Shown here: positions 1 to 8,420 of the stretch, in pieces
Position numbering within the stretch: the first letter of the stretch is position 1
Layout of the letters: every line of letters begins with the position of its first letter
Source of the DNA: Methanothermobacter thermautotrophicus str. Delta H
Lineage (GTDB): Archaea; Methanobacteriota; Methanobacteria; Methanobacteriales; Methanothermobacteraceae
Assembly (NCBI RefSeq): GCF_000008645.1
Contig: NC_000916.1
Location: 1,350,001-1,382,000, forward strand
Reading direction: 5' to 3'
DNA length: 32,000 nt
Notes under the pieces: generated by a model
The model's input: only the letters and a program-made list of their open reading frames with translations
Told to the model about the DNA's origin: nothing
Database searches by the model: none
Position numbers and translations under genes: made by a program

Positions 1-316
1 ACCCACCCTCAGGGATATTTTCAGTGTCTTCAGAATCCCTGAAACCAAGGATTCCCATCCATATGAGGACTGCTCCACCTGCAGTCCCAAGGATGGCTGG
101 AGCAGGGCCTGATCTGAGGATATAACCCAGGCCCATCAGTATCAGAGTAACAAGGAGAGCCTCTCCGAGGACATGGCCGGCCACAAGGAGGGGTCCGGCC
201 CTGAATCCCCTCCTGATGGAATCTGAAACAGTTACGGTAAGGAGGGGTCCGGGGGCCATGGCCCCGGATAGTCCAATCAGAAATGATGTCAGGGCGAATA
301 GCAGGATACTGATCAT
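1..316 (-). CDS. LysE/RhtB-family amino-acid exporter, N-terminal ~105 codons (gene runs off the left edge)
   Basis: Absent from the ORF track because there is no stop in the window. My minus-strand translation from ATG at 316 reads MISILLFALTSFLIGLSGAMAPGPLLTVTVSDSIRRGFRAGPLLVAGHVLGEALLVTLILMGLGYILRSGPAPAILGTAGGAVLIWMGILGFR... The PGP motif after TM1 and the helix pattern are typical of LysE/RhtB translocators. Confidence 0.7.
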   Translation of the reverse strand, partial: MISILLFALTSFLIGLSGAMAPGPLLTVTVSDSIRRGFRAGPLLVAGHVLGEALLVTLILMGLGYILRSGPAPAILGTAGGAVLIWMGILGFRDSEDTENIPEGG

Positions 317-328
317 GATTCCACGGCT

Positions 329-493
329 TCAGTTGTATCTGTTCAGTATCCTCATTATCTCTGAGAGGTGGTGGTCTATCTCTTCGATCTCTTCTCTTTT
401 AAGGGACCTTGTCCGGCTAACTATCCTCATCCTCTCGAAGACATGGTCCATCCTTGTGAGGAGTTCATTCATATACGTCCTGGTGGGGTACAT
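329..493 (-). CDS. hypothetical 54-aa protein (below ORF-track size cutoff)
   Basis: My translation reads MYPTRTYMNELLTRMDHVFERMRIVSRTRSLKREEIEEIDHHLSEIMRILNRYN. It fills the gap between the OCD-like gene and the LysE gene on the same strand, and its stop lies 13 nt before the LysE ATG. GGAG sits ~11-14 nt upstream. No recognisable family. Confidence 0.3.
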   Translation of the reverse strand: MYPTRTYMNELLTRMDHVFERMRIVSRTRSLKREEIEEIDHHLSEIMRILNRYN

Positions 494-582
494 GCTATCA
501 GCTCCATATCAATTTCTATCACTCATAGTATAAGGATCCTTCCAGTCATCTGTGATGATTATCGGCGGCAGGGTGCCTCCAG

Positions 583-1575
583 TCATCCCTGAAGATCCAC
601 CTCCAGACCCACTTCACCGGCAACGGCCCTCTCATAGATCATCCATGCTGTTGTTATATCCTGAATGGAGAGTCCAGTCGAATCAAATACGGTCACATCA
701 GCGGGTGAAGTTCTACCCTCAATCTTGCCTGTCATAACATCCCCCAGGCTTCCCTGGAGGTCATCCACCCTGAGGATCCCCTCGGTGATGGGCACGTTTA
801 TTTCTCCGCTGTGGGTTGCCTGCTCCAGGCTGTCATAGAATACACGGGCATTTTTGAGTATCAGAGGGTCCAGTTCCTGCTTCCCTGGGGCGTCTGCACC
901 CATGGCACATATGTGCGTACCCGGCGACACCCAGTCTGCCATGACCACAGGACTCCTTGATGGAGTGACGGTTACAACGATGTCCATACCCTCAACAGCC
1001 TCCCTTGGATCTGTAGCGGCCCTCACGGGGACTTCATATTCCTTTGAAGCCCTTAAGGCAAATTTTTCACGCGTTGACGGTGTCCTGCAGTAGACGCTGA
1101 CCTCCTCAAGATCCGCCACCCTGCTGATTGCCATGAGCTGGGTCCAGGCCTGCCTTCCGGCACCGATTATCCCGAGCCTTGACGCGTCCCTGGATGCAAG
1201 GTACTTCACCGATACACCGCCAGCGGCACCCGTTCTCATATCGGTTATATGGGTTCCATCCATGAGTGCAATGGGGAACCCTGTTTCAGGGTCCACAAGC
1301 TCTATGACAGCCATTACCGTTGGCAGGGAATGCCTATCAGGGTTTGAGGGGTGCACATTGACGCACTTAACACCGGCCATCTCAAGCTCCTCAAGGTAGG
1401 ATGGCATGACACGGAGGTCTCCATTGTATCTCCTGAAGAACAGGTACATCTTAGGGGGCATCTGAACCCTCCCAAGGGCCTCCTGGACAAAGGCACCCTC
1501 AACCGCCTTCAGGCAGTCGTCCATGTTAAGAAGGCCTTCAACATCACTCCTGGTTAGCACAACTGTTTTTTCCAT
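583..1575 (-). CDS. ornithine cyclodeaminase/mu-crystallin family enzyme (archaeal alanine dehydrogenase-like)
   Basis: The 339-aa ORF has the OCD/mu-crystallin pattern (MEKTVVLTRSDVEGLL..., Rossmann GIIGAGRQA). ATG at 1575 is preferred over TTG at 1602 because a GGTGGA SD-like site lies 5 nt upstream. Confidence 0.85.
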   Translation of the reverse strand: MEKTVVLTRSDVEGLLNMDDCLKAVEGAFVQEALGRVQMPPKMYLFFRRYNGDLRVMPSYLEELEMAGVKCVNVHPSNPDRHSLPTVMAVIELVDPETGFPIALMDGTHITDMRTGAAGGVSVKYLASRDASRLGIIGAGRQAWTQLMAISRVADLEEVSVYCRTPSTREKFALRASKEYEVPVRAATDPREAVEGMDIVVTVTPSRSPVVMADWVSPGTHICAMGADAPGKQELDPLILKNARVFYDSLEQATHSGEINVPITEGILRVDDLQGSLGDVMTGKIEGRTSPADVTVFDSTGLSIQDITTAWMIYERAVAGEVGLEVDLQG

Positions 1576-1805
1576 GCATCCACCGTCCCCATTTAATAAC
1601 AATCAGGGTCAATCTACCAATCTTTAAATATTGAACATCTCACATTTATTAGTGTTGGAAATGAAATTAAAACCACGGATGAGTACTGTCATGGCTGTCC
1701 CGGCGGTCCATGGACCGGAAACTCCACCCTCGAGGCAGTCATGGCAGCTATTAAGGTTGATCAGACTTATATCTCACTTCAACTTGAAATATAAGGGTGT
1801 TAAAG

Positions 1806-3161
1806 ATGGAAACTGTTGATAAGGTTGATATGATTAAGAATCATGGCCTGACCGCATCAGAAAATCTTGAAAAATTTCTTAAGAGGATTGAGGCAAAAAA
1901 CGATGACATCAACGCCTTCCTGGAGGTTAGGGGTGAAGAGGCGATTAAGAGGGCTGAGGAGATAGACGCCAGGATAGCCTCCGGCAAGGAGACAGGGAAA
2001 CTGGCGGGCCTGGTGATAGGAGTTAAAAGCAACATCAACGTGGAGGACTTCAACGTATCAGCAGCTTCAAAGACCCTCGAAAATTACACTGGAAGCTACG
2101 ATGCAACTGTTATAAGGCGCATAAAGGAAGAAGACGGTATAATAATTGGCATGACCAACATGGACGAATTCGCTGCCGGGAGTTCAACCGAGACATCATT
2201 CTTTGGCCCAACAGACAATCCAGCAGCCCCCGGGAGGATCCCGGGAGGTTCAAGCGGCGGGAGCGCTGCTGCAGTGGCTGCTGGTATGTGTGACCTGGCA
2301 CTGGGATCAGATACAGGGGGTTCAATAAGGAATCCAGCATCGCACTGCGGTGTAATGGGCTTCAAACCAACCTATGGGGCAGTATCCAGGCAGGGCCTCC
2401 TGGACCTTGCCATGAGCTTTGACCAGATAGGACCCCTGGCAGCAGATGTATCCGGGATCTCACTTGCACTGGATGTCATCTCAGGTTATGACCCGGCAGA
2501 CCCCACAACCCTGGACAGTTCACCGGACCTTGAGGTGGAGAGGGAACTGAAGGGCCTCAGGGTCGGTGTTGTGAGGGAGTTCCTTGAGGTCACAGATGAG
2601 GCAATAGATGAGGTTATTCAGGGGAAACTCGGAGCCATGGAGGATGAGGGCGCCGAGATAGTTGAACTGGATTTTGGATACATAGACCTCTGTCTCCCCA
2701 CCTACTACCTCATAAACTACGTTGAATTCTTTTCAGCCACCAGGAAGTATGACGGCAGAAAGTACGGTCACAGGATAGAGGATGTCTGCGGTTCGGAGGT
2801 CCTCAGGAGGATACATATGGGTTCCTACATCAGTCAGAAGGAACTATCTGGAAAATACTACAAGAGGGCCCTCCAGGCAAGATCCCTCATAAGGAGGGAG
2901 ATAACAGGGCTTCTCAGCCATGTGGACATAATAGCGGGGCCAACGGTTCCAAAGCTACCCCACACACTGGGTGAGGAGCTTGAACCAATGGAGATGTACG
3001 CCTACGATGTCCTCACGGTCATAGCTAACCTTGCAGGTATACCCGCTGCAAGCATACCTGCAGGGGATGTGGGCGGAGTCCCTGTTGGCCTGCAGCTCCA
3101 GGCAAAGCCAGGAGATGATGGCATGATAGTATCGGCCATGAGGGAGATTGCTTCACTGTAA
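1806..3161 (+). CDS. gatA: Asp/Glu-tRNA amidotransferase subunit A (amidase-signature glutaminase)
   Basis: Amidase signature GGSSGGSAAAVAAG...GSDTGGSIRNPA and GatA-like length. ATG at 1806 is preceded by AAGGGTG. The ORF track starts at GTG 1797. Confidence 0.9.
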   Translation: METVDKVDMIKNHGLTASENLEKFLKRIEAKNDDINAFLEVRGEEAIKRAEEIDARIASGKETGKLAGLVIGVKSNINVEDFNVSAASKTLENYTGSYDATVIRRIKEEDGIIIGMTNMDEFAAGSSTETSFFGPTDNPAAPGRIPGGSSGGSAAAVAAGMCDLALGSDTGGSIRNPASHCGVMGFKPTYGAVSRQGLLDLAMSFDQIGPLAADVSGISLALDVISGYDPADPTTLDSSPDLEVERELKGLRVGVVREFLEVTDEAIDEVIQGKLGAMEDEGAEIVELDFGYIDLCLPTYYLINYVEFFSATRKYDGRKYGHRIEDVCGSEVLRRIHMGSYISQKELSGKYYKRALQARSLIRREITGLLSHVDIIAGPTVPKLPHTLGEELEPMEMYAYDVLTVIANLAGIPAASIPAGDVGGVPVGLQLQAKPGDDGMIVSAMREIASL

Positions 3162-3174
3162 GAGAGTGTCCCCC

Positions 3175-4638
3175 ATGAGGATTGGACTCGTCTGTATCAG
3201 GGGATCGGTCCCTGCCTTTGAGAACTTTGGATTTCTCCCCACCGATATAGTTGGAAGCAATGGTCTTGTAAACGGTTCAAGGGCCCACAGGGTCCTGGAC
3301 GGGATCATAATACCAGGGGGAAGTATCGTTGAGTCAGGAAGCCTTTCACCTGAACTTGCATTTGAGATAAGAAGGATGGCATCGGACGGAAAATTTGTCC
3401 TGGGTATATGCTCAGGATTCCAGGCCCTGGCAGAGAGGACCGATATAGGGAGAAAATCGCCATGCCCTGTTTACAGGGAGGGTCTCGGGCTCCTCAACGT
3501 AACATTCCACCCCATGATAAGCAACGACAGGGTGGAGGCCACCATAACCGGCGAGTCCTTCCTGACCTCAGGGATGTCAGGTGAGAGGATAACTGGCTTC
3601 CACTGCCATACCTACGGTGAGATACGTGGTGATGCACCTGAGATAATGAAGTCCCGCATAGTCAGGGCAGACTATCATGAAAGGCCAGGGGAGATCCTAT
3701 CAGGGGTCTGCAGTGATGATGGTAACGTGGCAGGGACCATGGTCCACGGATGCCTCGATGAGAACCAGACCCTTGTCAGTAACATCCTCAAATTCCTTGA
3801 TGCGGATGAAACTGCAAGGGAGAGGATACTTGAAGCCAACAGGAAACTGCGGGAAGCTCTGAGATCTGAGCTCGGGATATCAACGGGGATACGTGTTATG
3901 GATAGGGGCGGGACGAGGGGCACCCCACCAGCCATAATGATAGCATCCACGGGTTCAGACTCCGGCAAAACATTCATATTAACGGGCCTTGCAGGCGCCC
4001 TGAGGAGGAGGGGCCTCAGGGTGGGCGTTATCAAGGTGGGACCCGATGTCAGGGACATAGTCCCGGCCCTCTACCTCATAAAGGAGCCCATGGAGGAGCA
4101 CTCATCCATAAGGATAGGGCGCCTGGGCTGGATGGAGCTCAGGGATGTCCTTGAATCTGTGAGGGGAAGATACGACATAATACTCATCGAGGGCGTTATG
4201 AGCATCCTCACAGGTCTCCTGAACGATATAACACCCTACTCCGGGGCTGAGATTGCCCTGGCAGCAGGTATCCCCCTGATTATGGTGGCAGGTTGCAGCA
4301 AGGGGGGTATAGAGTCTGCGGTGGTTGATCTTGACGCCCACATATCGGTACTTGAGGGACTGGGCCTTGAGGTCTCCTGCGGAATACTCAACAGGGTCTA
4401 TGATATGGATATATTTGAGAGGGCATCAGGCGGAAGGTACCTTGCCATTCCGAGGGTGGAGATGAGTGAGAGGGGCGGCACACCCGAGGTTGAGATAAAA
4501 CTTGAGGACTTCTGCCTGAAGGCCATGGAGACCGTGGAGGAGCACCTTGATGTTGATACCCTCATCAGCTTCGCAAAAAAACCAGAATTCAGGGGTTATA
4601 TGGGCCCTGAAGAAATCAAAAAGGTATTCAGTCCCTGA
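3175..4638 (+). CDS. CobQ/CobB-like glutamine amidotransferase with inverted domain order (N-terminal GATase-3, C-terminal CbiA/DTBS-like P-loop domain)
   Basis: The N-terminal half has IIIPGGS, GICSGFQAL (nucleophile Cys), GLGLLNV and GFHCHTYG motifs of CobB/CobQ-type GATase. The C-terminal half has IASTGSDSGKTFILTGLAGALRRRGLRVGVIKVGPD (P-loop plus KxGPD). ATG at 3175 is 13 nt after the gatA stop. The track start TTG 3148 overlaps gatA. Confidence 0.8.
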   Translation: MRIGLVCIRGSVPAFENFGFLPTDIVGSNGLVNGSRAHRVLDGIIIPGGSIVESGSLSPELAFEIRRMASDGKFVLGICSGFQALAERTDIGRKSPCPVYREGLGLLNVTFHPMISNDRVEATITGESFLTSGMSGERITGFHCHTYGEIRGDAPEIMKSRIVRADYHERPGEILSGVCSDDGNVAGTMVHGCLDENQTLVSNILKFLDADETARERILEANRKLREALRSELGISTGIRVMDRGGTRGTPPAIMIASTGSDSGKTFILTGLAGALRRRGLRVGVIKVGPDVRDIVPALYLIKEPMEEHSSIRIGRLGWMELRDVLESVRGRYDIILIEGVMSILTGLLNDITPYSGAEIALAAGIPLIMVAGCSKGGIESAVVDLDAHISVLEGLGLEVSCGILNRVYDMDIFERASGGRYLAIPRVEMSERGGTPEVEIKLEDFCLKAMETVEEHLDVDTLISFAKKPEFRGYMGPEEIKKVFSP

Positions 4639-4650
4639 ATCCCCGTCTTT

Positions 4651-4679
4651 GGGATCCCAGCCATCAGGGGCTGGATCCC
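4651..4679. terminator. GC-rich hairpin between convergent genes
   Basis: GGGATCCCAGCC (4651-4662), loop ATCAGG, then GGCTGGATCCC (4669-4679). This gives a stem of ~11 bp with one bulge, 13 nt after the + strand stop and 34 nt after the - strand stop. Confidence 0.4.
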
Positions 4680-4712
4680 CTATTTCCGGGAATTAAACCA
4701 TCAGGTCAGGTT

Positions 4713-5438
4713 TTAGATTCCCATATCCTCTTCAGGGATCTCCTCACCCTCAGTTATGGTTATACCCTCCTCGCCACCGATCTCATATGTGAGGAACTGG
4801 AGGGGTGTTTTGGTGCTTCTCATCTTGACTATGTCCATTATCCGCTCCCTGCGACCGGTGTAGGGGTTCTCCCTTCTACCAAGTTTTATGGCGCCGTATA
4901 CCGAGAAGAGAGCAAGTTCATTGAACTCCTTGGAGGTTGCACTGTCCAGTATTATGACGGATGTTATACCCCGCTGTTTGAGCTCATATACGAGGAGATC
5001 AAACTGGTTCCTGAATTCATAGGCTGTGAGTTTGGCTGTGTAGCCACCCAGACTGTCTATGACAACCACCTCGGCCTCGGGGGGTATGTCATGTATTATC
5101 TTGGTGAAGTTGCCCTTCATGGGGTCCATGTCCATGCTTAGCTCTGCCTCGGTTATCCTCGCCCTTATACCTGTAAGTTCTATGAAGTTGAGGAGTCCCT
5201 TCTCCTCCAGCTCCTGGGTGTTCCAGCCGAAGGAGTTTGCCTGTATGTGGAGGTCATTGGCGTCCTCCTCTGCTGTTATGTAGACGGTGTTGTAACCCTC
5301 CATGCAGCTGCTTATGGCAAACCGCAGCCCGAAGATGGTCTTACCACACCCGGGCTCCCCTGTTATCAGAACAGATCTCCCCATGGGAAACCGCCTATGA
5401 TCATCAAGTCCATTGATCCCTATCTTCAGCCTCTCCAT
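4713..5438 (-). CDS. single-domain KaiC/RecA-superfamily ATPase
   Basis: Walker A is GEPGCGKT, Walker B is VVVIDSL, and the GINGLD lead-in is typical of KaiC-like proteins. ATG at 5438 has a GAGGTG SD that overlaps the ribB stop. The track start is GTG 5447. Confidence 0.85.
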   Translation of the reverse strand: MERLKIGINGLDDHRRFPMGRSVLITGEPGCGKTIFGLRFAISSCMEGYNTVYITAEEDANDLHIQANSFGWNTQELEEKGLLNFIELTGIRARITEAELSMDMDPMKGNFTKIIHDIPPEAEVVVIDSLGGYTAKLTAYEFRNQFDLLVYELKQRGITSVIILDSATSKEFNELALFSVYGAIKLGRRENPYTGRRERIMDIVKMRSTKTPLQFLTYEIGGEEGITITEGEEIPEEDMGI

Positions 5439-5449
5439 TATGAACACCT

Positions 5450-6139
5450 CTATGATCTGAACTCCATGTATGATTCAATAAGTTCTGCACCGCTCATGAA
5501 AATAAGGTCATGTTCCCTGGCGTATTTCATGGCGTCCTCTGTTGAAAGAGAGTTACCTGTCCTGTCATCCATCATCTCACAGCAGACAGCAACACCGGTA
5601 AGTCCGGCCATTTCCATGAGGGCTATGCTCATCTCGGTGTGACCCCCCCTCCTGAGTACATGGCCATCAGCGGCCCTGAGGAGGGTGACATGACCGGGGG
5701 ACCTGAAGAGGTCGCCGAAGCTCTCATGTCTATCATCCCTGCAGATCCCTGCAAGTTCACCTATGGTGAGGGCACGGTCATTGTCGGTTATACCGGTGAA
5801 GGTCTTCCTGTGATTCACGGTTATGGAGAAGGCGGACTTCTCATCGTAGGGTATGTCATGGGGGGATAGTTTTCCCAGGACCGGGTACCTCCCTGACGCC
5901 TCCTCCATTATATCGGTCATGTAGGGTATTCCAAGCTTCTCTGAGTTTTCCCAGGAGACAGGCACACATATGAGTCCCCCGGCGTCGTTCCTCATGATCC
6001 TTATATGCTCCGGTTTTATCTTCTCAGCAGCAACGATCATGTCTGTTTCTCTTTCACGGTTATCTGCATCAAATACAAGGACTATTTCTCCCCTTCTAAG
6101 TGCTTTAAGGGCTTCCTGAATCATGATCACAATCTCCAT
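5450..6139 (-). CDS. ribB: 3,4-dihydroxy-2-butanone 4-phosphate synthase
   Basis: [30 protein letters not shown]...GHTEMSIAL is the DHBP synthase pattern. An alternative start is ATG 6124 (MIQEAL). Confidence 0.9.
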   Translation of the reverse strand: MEIVIMIQEALKALRRGEIVLVFDADNRERETDMIVAAEKIKPEHIRIMRNDAGGLICVPVSWENSEKLGIPYMTDIMEEASGRYPVLGKLSPHDIPYDEKSAFSITVNHRKTFTGITDNDRALTIGELAGICRDDRHESFGDLFRSPGHVTLLRAADGHVLRRGGHTEMSIALMEMAGLTGVAVCCEMMDDRTGNSLSTEDAMKYAREHDLIFMSGAELIESYMEFRS

Positions 6140-6223
6140 TGATAATCCTGATGTATATTTTATCCTGAGATTTAATCGGCGGCTATGCTGAGCTATTATC
6201 TATTCATTCCAGCCTGATGTCTG

Positions 6224-6592
6224 TTATTCCTGAATTTCACTGGTGTCTATATCCAGGCTAACGGTATCTCCATCCCTTAATTTAAGGGTTTTTCTGAGGT
6301 TCACAGGGGCCACAAATTCAAGACACCCCTGCCGGTGATGGGTCTTAAGGGGGAAGAGTATGGCCCCCTCAACCACCCCGTTGAGCAGGGCCTTAACGTA
6401 GAGGACATCACCGAAGCCACCGCCTCCCTGTATCACAGGGGCCCCCTCCCTTATCCTCTCCACAATTTCAGGGTCACCGACCTCTATGTTGAGGGTGCCG
6501 GGGAAGGGATCGAAGCCCAGTTTTTCCCTGAACTGGTCCCGGTATACGCTACGGGTTATGAAGTAGGCCCCCTCACCGAAACCTGATTTCAC
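6224..6592 (-). CDS. ribK: archaeal CTP-dependent riboflavin kinase
   Basis: GFGEGAYF...LGFDPFPGTLNIEV is the motif pattern of the MJ0056-type riboflavin kinase. GTG start with a GAGGAAAGG site upstream, 22 nt after the sepS stop. Confidence 0.85.
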   Translation of the reverse strand: MKSGFGEGAYFITRSVYRDQFREKLGFDPFPGTLNIEVGDPEIVERIREGAPVIQGGGGFGDVLYVKALLNGVVEGAILFPLKTHHRQGCLEFVAPVNLRKTLKLRDGDTVSLDIDTSEIQE

Positions 6593-6614
6593 CTTTCCTC
6601 TGATAATCAGAGGT

Positions 6615-8213
6615 TCACCCCCTTAACCTGCACCTTATTGTTGAGAACAGCGGTCCCCTCAGGTCGATCTCCCGGTTTTTACCGGTTATGTACCTCATGG
6701 CGGTGTCCTCAAGGGTGAGGTTCAGGTCAGAGAGGGATCTTGCTATTGTGCTCCTCACCTCAACCTCCTCGGCGCCACTTACAACCATCTCCTCTATGCG
6801 GTAGGCTGCCTCGGCTGCAAGGGCCTCCATGTAGGTTATACCGGTGTTCAGGCCCTCCTTCCTGGCCCTGGTGATGAGTTCGCTGTCGAGCTCGGTTCCA
6901 GGTGGCACACCCAGGATGTTCCCATCATGTATGTAAACGGTGTTCCATACTGCGGGTCCCAGCAGCCGTGTGTTCTCCTCCACCTCAAGGGCACTCACCT
7001 CTATCCTCCGCCCAAGGAATTCCCCACTGTAGACCTCGAAGCTGCAGGGGGACGGGGCGTCTGCATGGGCCCTCCAGGTTTTGACTATCTTCTCCATGAG
7101 CATACGGCCATCTGAGGTTACAGGGTGGAGGTTTATCCTGAGCATCTCGGCGATGTCCCTGTCAGACAGTCGCCATTCACCGTATATCTGGGGGTAGACC
7201 ATTTCACGCACGTCGCTTGCCTGGTTGAGGATCATGGCAACCCTTTCAACCCCCACCCCAAGGTTCATGACCTCCTGGTCTATCCCGTACATGGAAAGGG
7301 CTATCGGTGAATAGAGGCCGAATGTTGCCACCTCAACCCACTCCTTAAGGAGAGGGTGGTAGGCGTAGACCTCTGTCTGGGTGCCGGGTATGTAGTACTT
7401 GGACTTCTTCTCATCTGGGCGGAACCTGAACCTTGAAAATCCCAGGTGCTCGAGGAGCCCCTCTGCAACGGCCTTCCCCACATCAAGGGGGACCTCATGG
7501 TCAACCACCACACAGGAGGCGGAGTGATAGGTCATCAGGTGACTGGAGTCCTCCTTCTGCTCCCTCCGGAAGCAGCGGTCGATGGAGAAAAGCTTTAGTG
7601 GCATCCTGTACCTGTCGTGGATGTTCTGGAGTGATATGAACCATCCTGATGTCATGTGGGACCTGAGGGTGGTTCTCCCTGAGACTGGTTTGAGGTCCCT
7701 TATCTCAGGGAAGACCCTCTCAAGGACCCTCAGACCGTCGTGGCTCTCAACTTCAAGGGCATTGGATACCTCGAGGACGAGGTCGTCCCCTGAAAGATCC
7801 CCCTTCTTGTATGACCTGAAGACCTCCTTCAGGTTTTCTAGCTTCTCATCAGACACATCTATGCCCATATCCTCTATCATCTGGATCCTCCCGGTCCCGA
7901 GTCCGATATCGGGTCTTGGGAGACCCCCGAGGTAGAAGCACCTGTCCAGGACTGCAGGGGCCTCGGGCCCGAACTGGCGGTATATGTGCTCCTCGTCTAT
8001 GAGGAGAGGGTTCACCATTTCACTGAATCCAAGGCGCAGGTAGGCCTCCCTTATCATCCAGATGGTATCATAGAGTACGTGCGATTTTCCGGTTTCGAAT
8101 CGGAGGCGTGGATACTGCATGTCATGGTGGGGTTTCCTTAGACTCTTCCCACTTTCAAGCCATGCCCTTTCAAAGTCCCTCCTTGAAAGCTTCACTATAT
8201 CCTTTCTTTTCAA
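6615..8213 (-). CDS. sepS: O-phosphoserine--tRNA(Cys) ligase (SepRS)
   Basis: A 532-aa class II aaRS of the PheRS-alpha-like type, recognised as methanogen SepRS. The start codon is TTG (caa on the + strand at 8211-8213). Confidence 0.9.
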   Translation of the reverse strand: MKRKDIVKLSRRDFERAWLESGKSLRKPHHDMQYPRLRFETGKSHVLYDTIWMIREAYLRLGFSEMVNPLLIDEEHIYRQFGPEAPAVLDRCFYLGGLPRPDIGLGTGRIQMIEDMGIDVSDEKLENLKEVFRSYKKGDLSGDDLVLEVSNALEVESHDGLRVLERVFPEIRDLKPVSGRTTLRSHMTSGWFISLQNIHDRYRMPLKLFSIDRCFRREQKEDSSHLMTYHSASCVVVDHEVPLDVGKAVAEGLLEHLGFSRFRFRPDEKKSKYYIPGTQTEVYAYHPLLKEWVEVATFGLYSPIALSMYGIDQEVMNLGVGVERVAMILNQASDVREMVYPQIYGEWRLSDRDIAEMLRINLHPVTSDGRMLMEKIVKTWRAHADAPSPCSFEVYSGEFLGRRIEVSALEVEENTRLLGPAVWNTVYIHDGNILGVPPGTELDSELITRARKEGLNTGITYMEALAAEAAYRIEEMVVSGAEEVEVRSTIARSLSDLNLTLEDTAMRYITGKNREIDLRGPLFSTIRCRLRG

Positions 8214-8316
8214 ACAGAACCCCCAGTGATCATTATCGAATAAATCAGGCGACTGATCCTGATTGAAGGCTTAAATCCATACATCACCCTCAGATTAGAA
8301 CGTCCGTAGAGGACCG

Positions 8317-8369
8317 GGTGATGGTTCATCACCTGAGCTTGACTTTATTCTCGGTTATGGTTCATCACC
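8317..8369. promoter_or_regulatory. two copies of a GGTGAT-N5-ATCACC palindrome in the sepS/tfrA divergent spacer
   Basis: GGTGATGGTTCATCACC at 8317-8333 (perfect 6-bp arms) and GGTTATGGTTCATCACC at 8353-8369 (one arm mismatch), 36 bp apart. An extra ATCACC half-site lies at 8283-8288. Confidence 0.35.
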
Positions 8370-8388
8370 TTAACTATTGACTGCCAAA

Positions 8389-8400
8389 CCTTATAATAAT
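8389..8400 (+). promoter_or_regulatory. TATA-like box for tfrA
   Basis: CCTTATAATAAT is centred ~26 nt upstream of ATG 8421. This implies a leaderless or very short-leader tfrA mRNA and argues against ATG 8403 as the start. Confidence 0.45.
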
Positions 8401-8420
8401 GAATGCTAAAAATATTGTCC

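Noticed and set aside
216-737. Three overlapping + strand ORFs (105, 74 and 61 aa) at the left end
   Set aside because: They overlap the minus-strand LysE-family gene, the 54-aa ORF and the 3' end of the OCD-like gene. The translations are compositionally odd (Ile/Ser/Leu or Pro/Arg runs).
1672-1790. C/D-box sRNA or tRNA in the gatA upstream spacer
   Set aside because: GGATGAG and TGATCAGA only loosely resemble C (RUGAUGA) and D (CUGA) boxes, and the spacing does not fit. No cloverleaf can be drawn. It is kept only as an unexplained GC island.
5247-5642. 131-aa + strand ORF spanning the kaiC-like/ribB junction
   Set aside because: It is antisense to two strongly supported genes and crosses their junction. 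No motifs.
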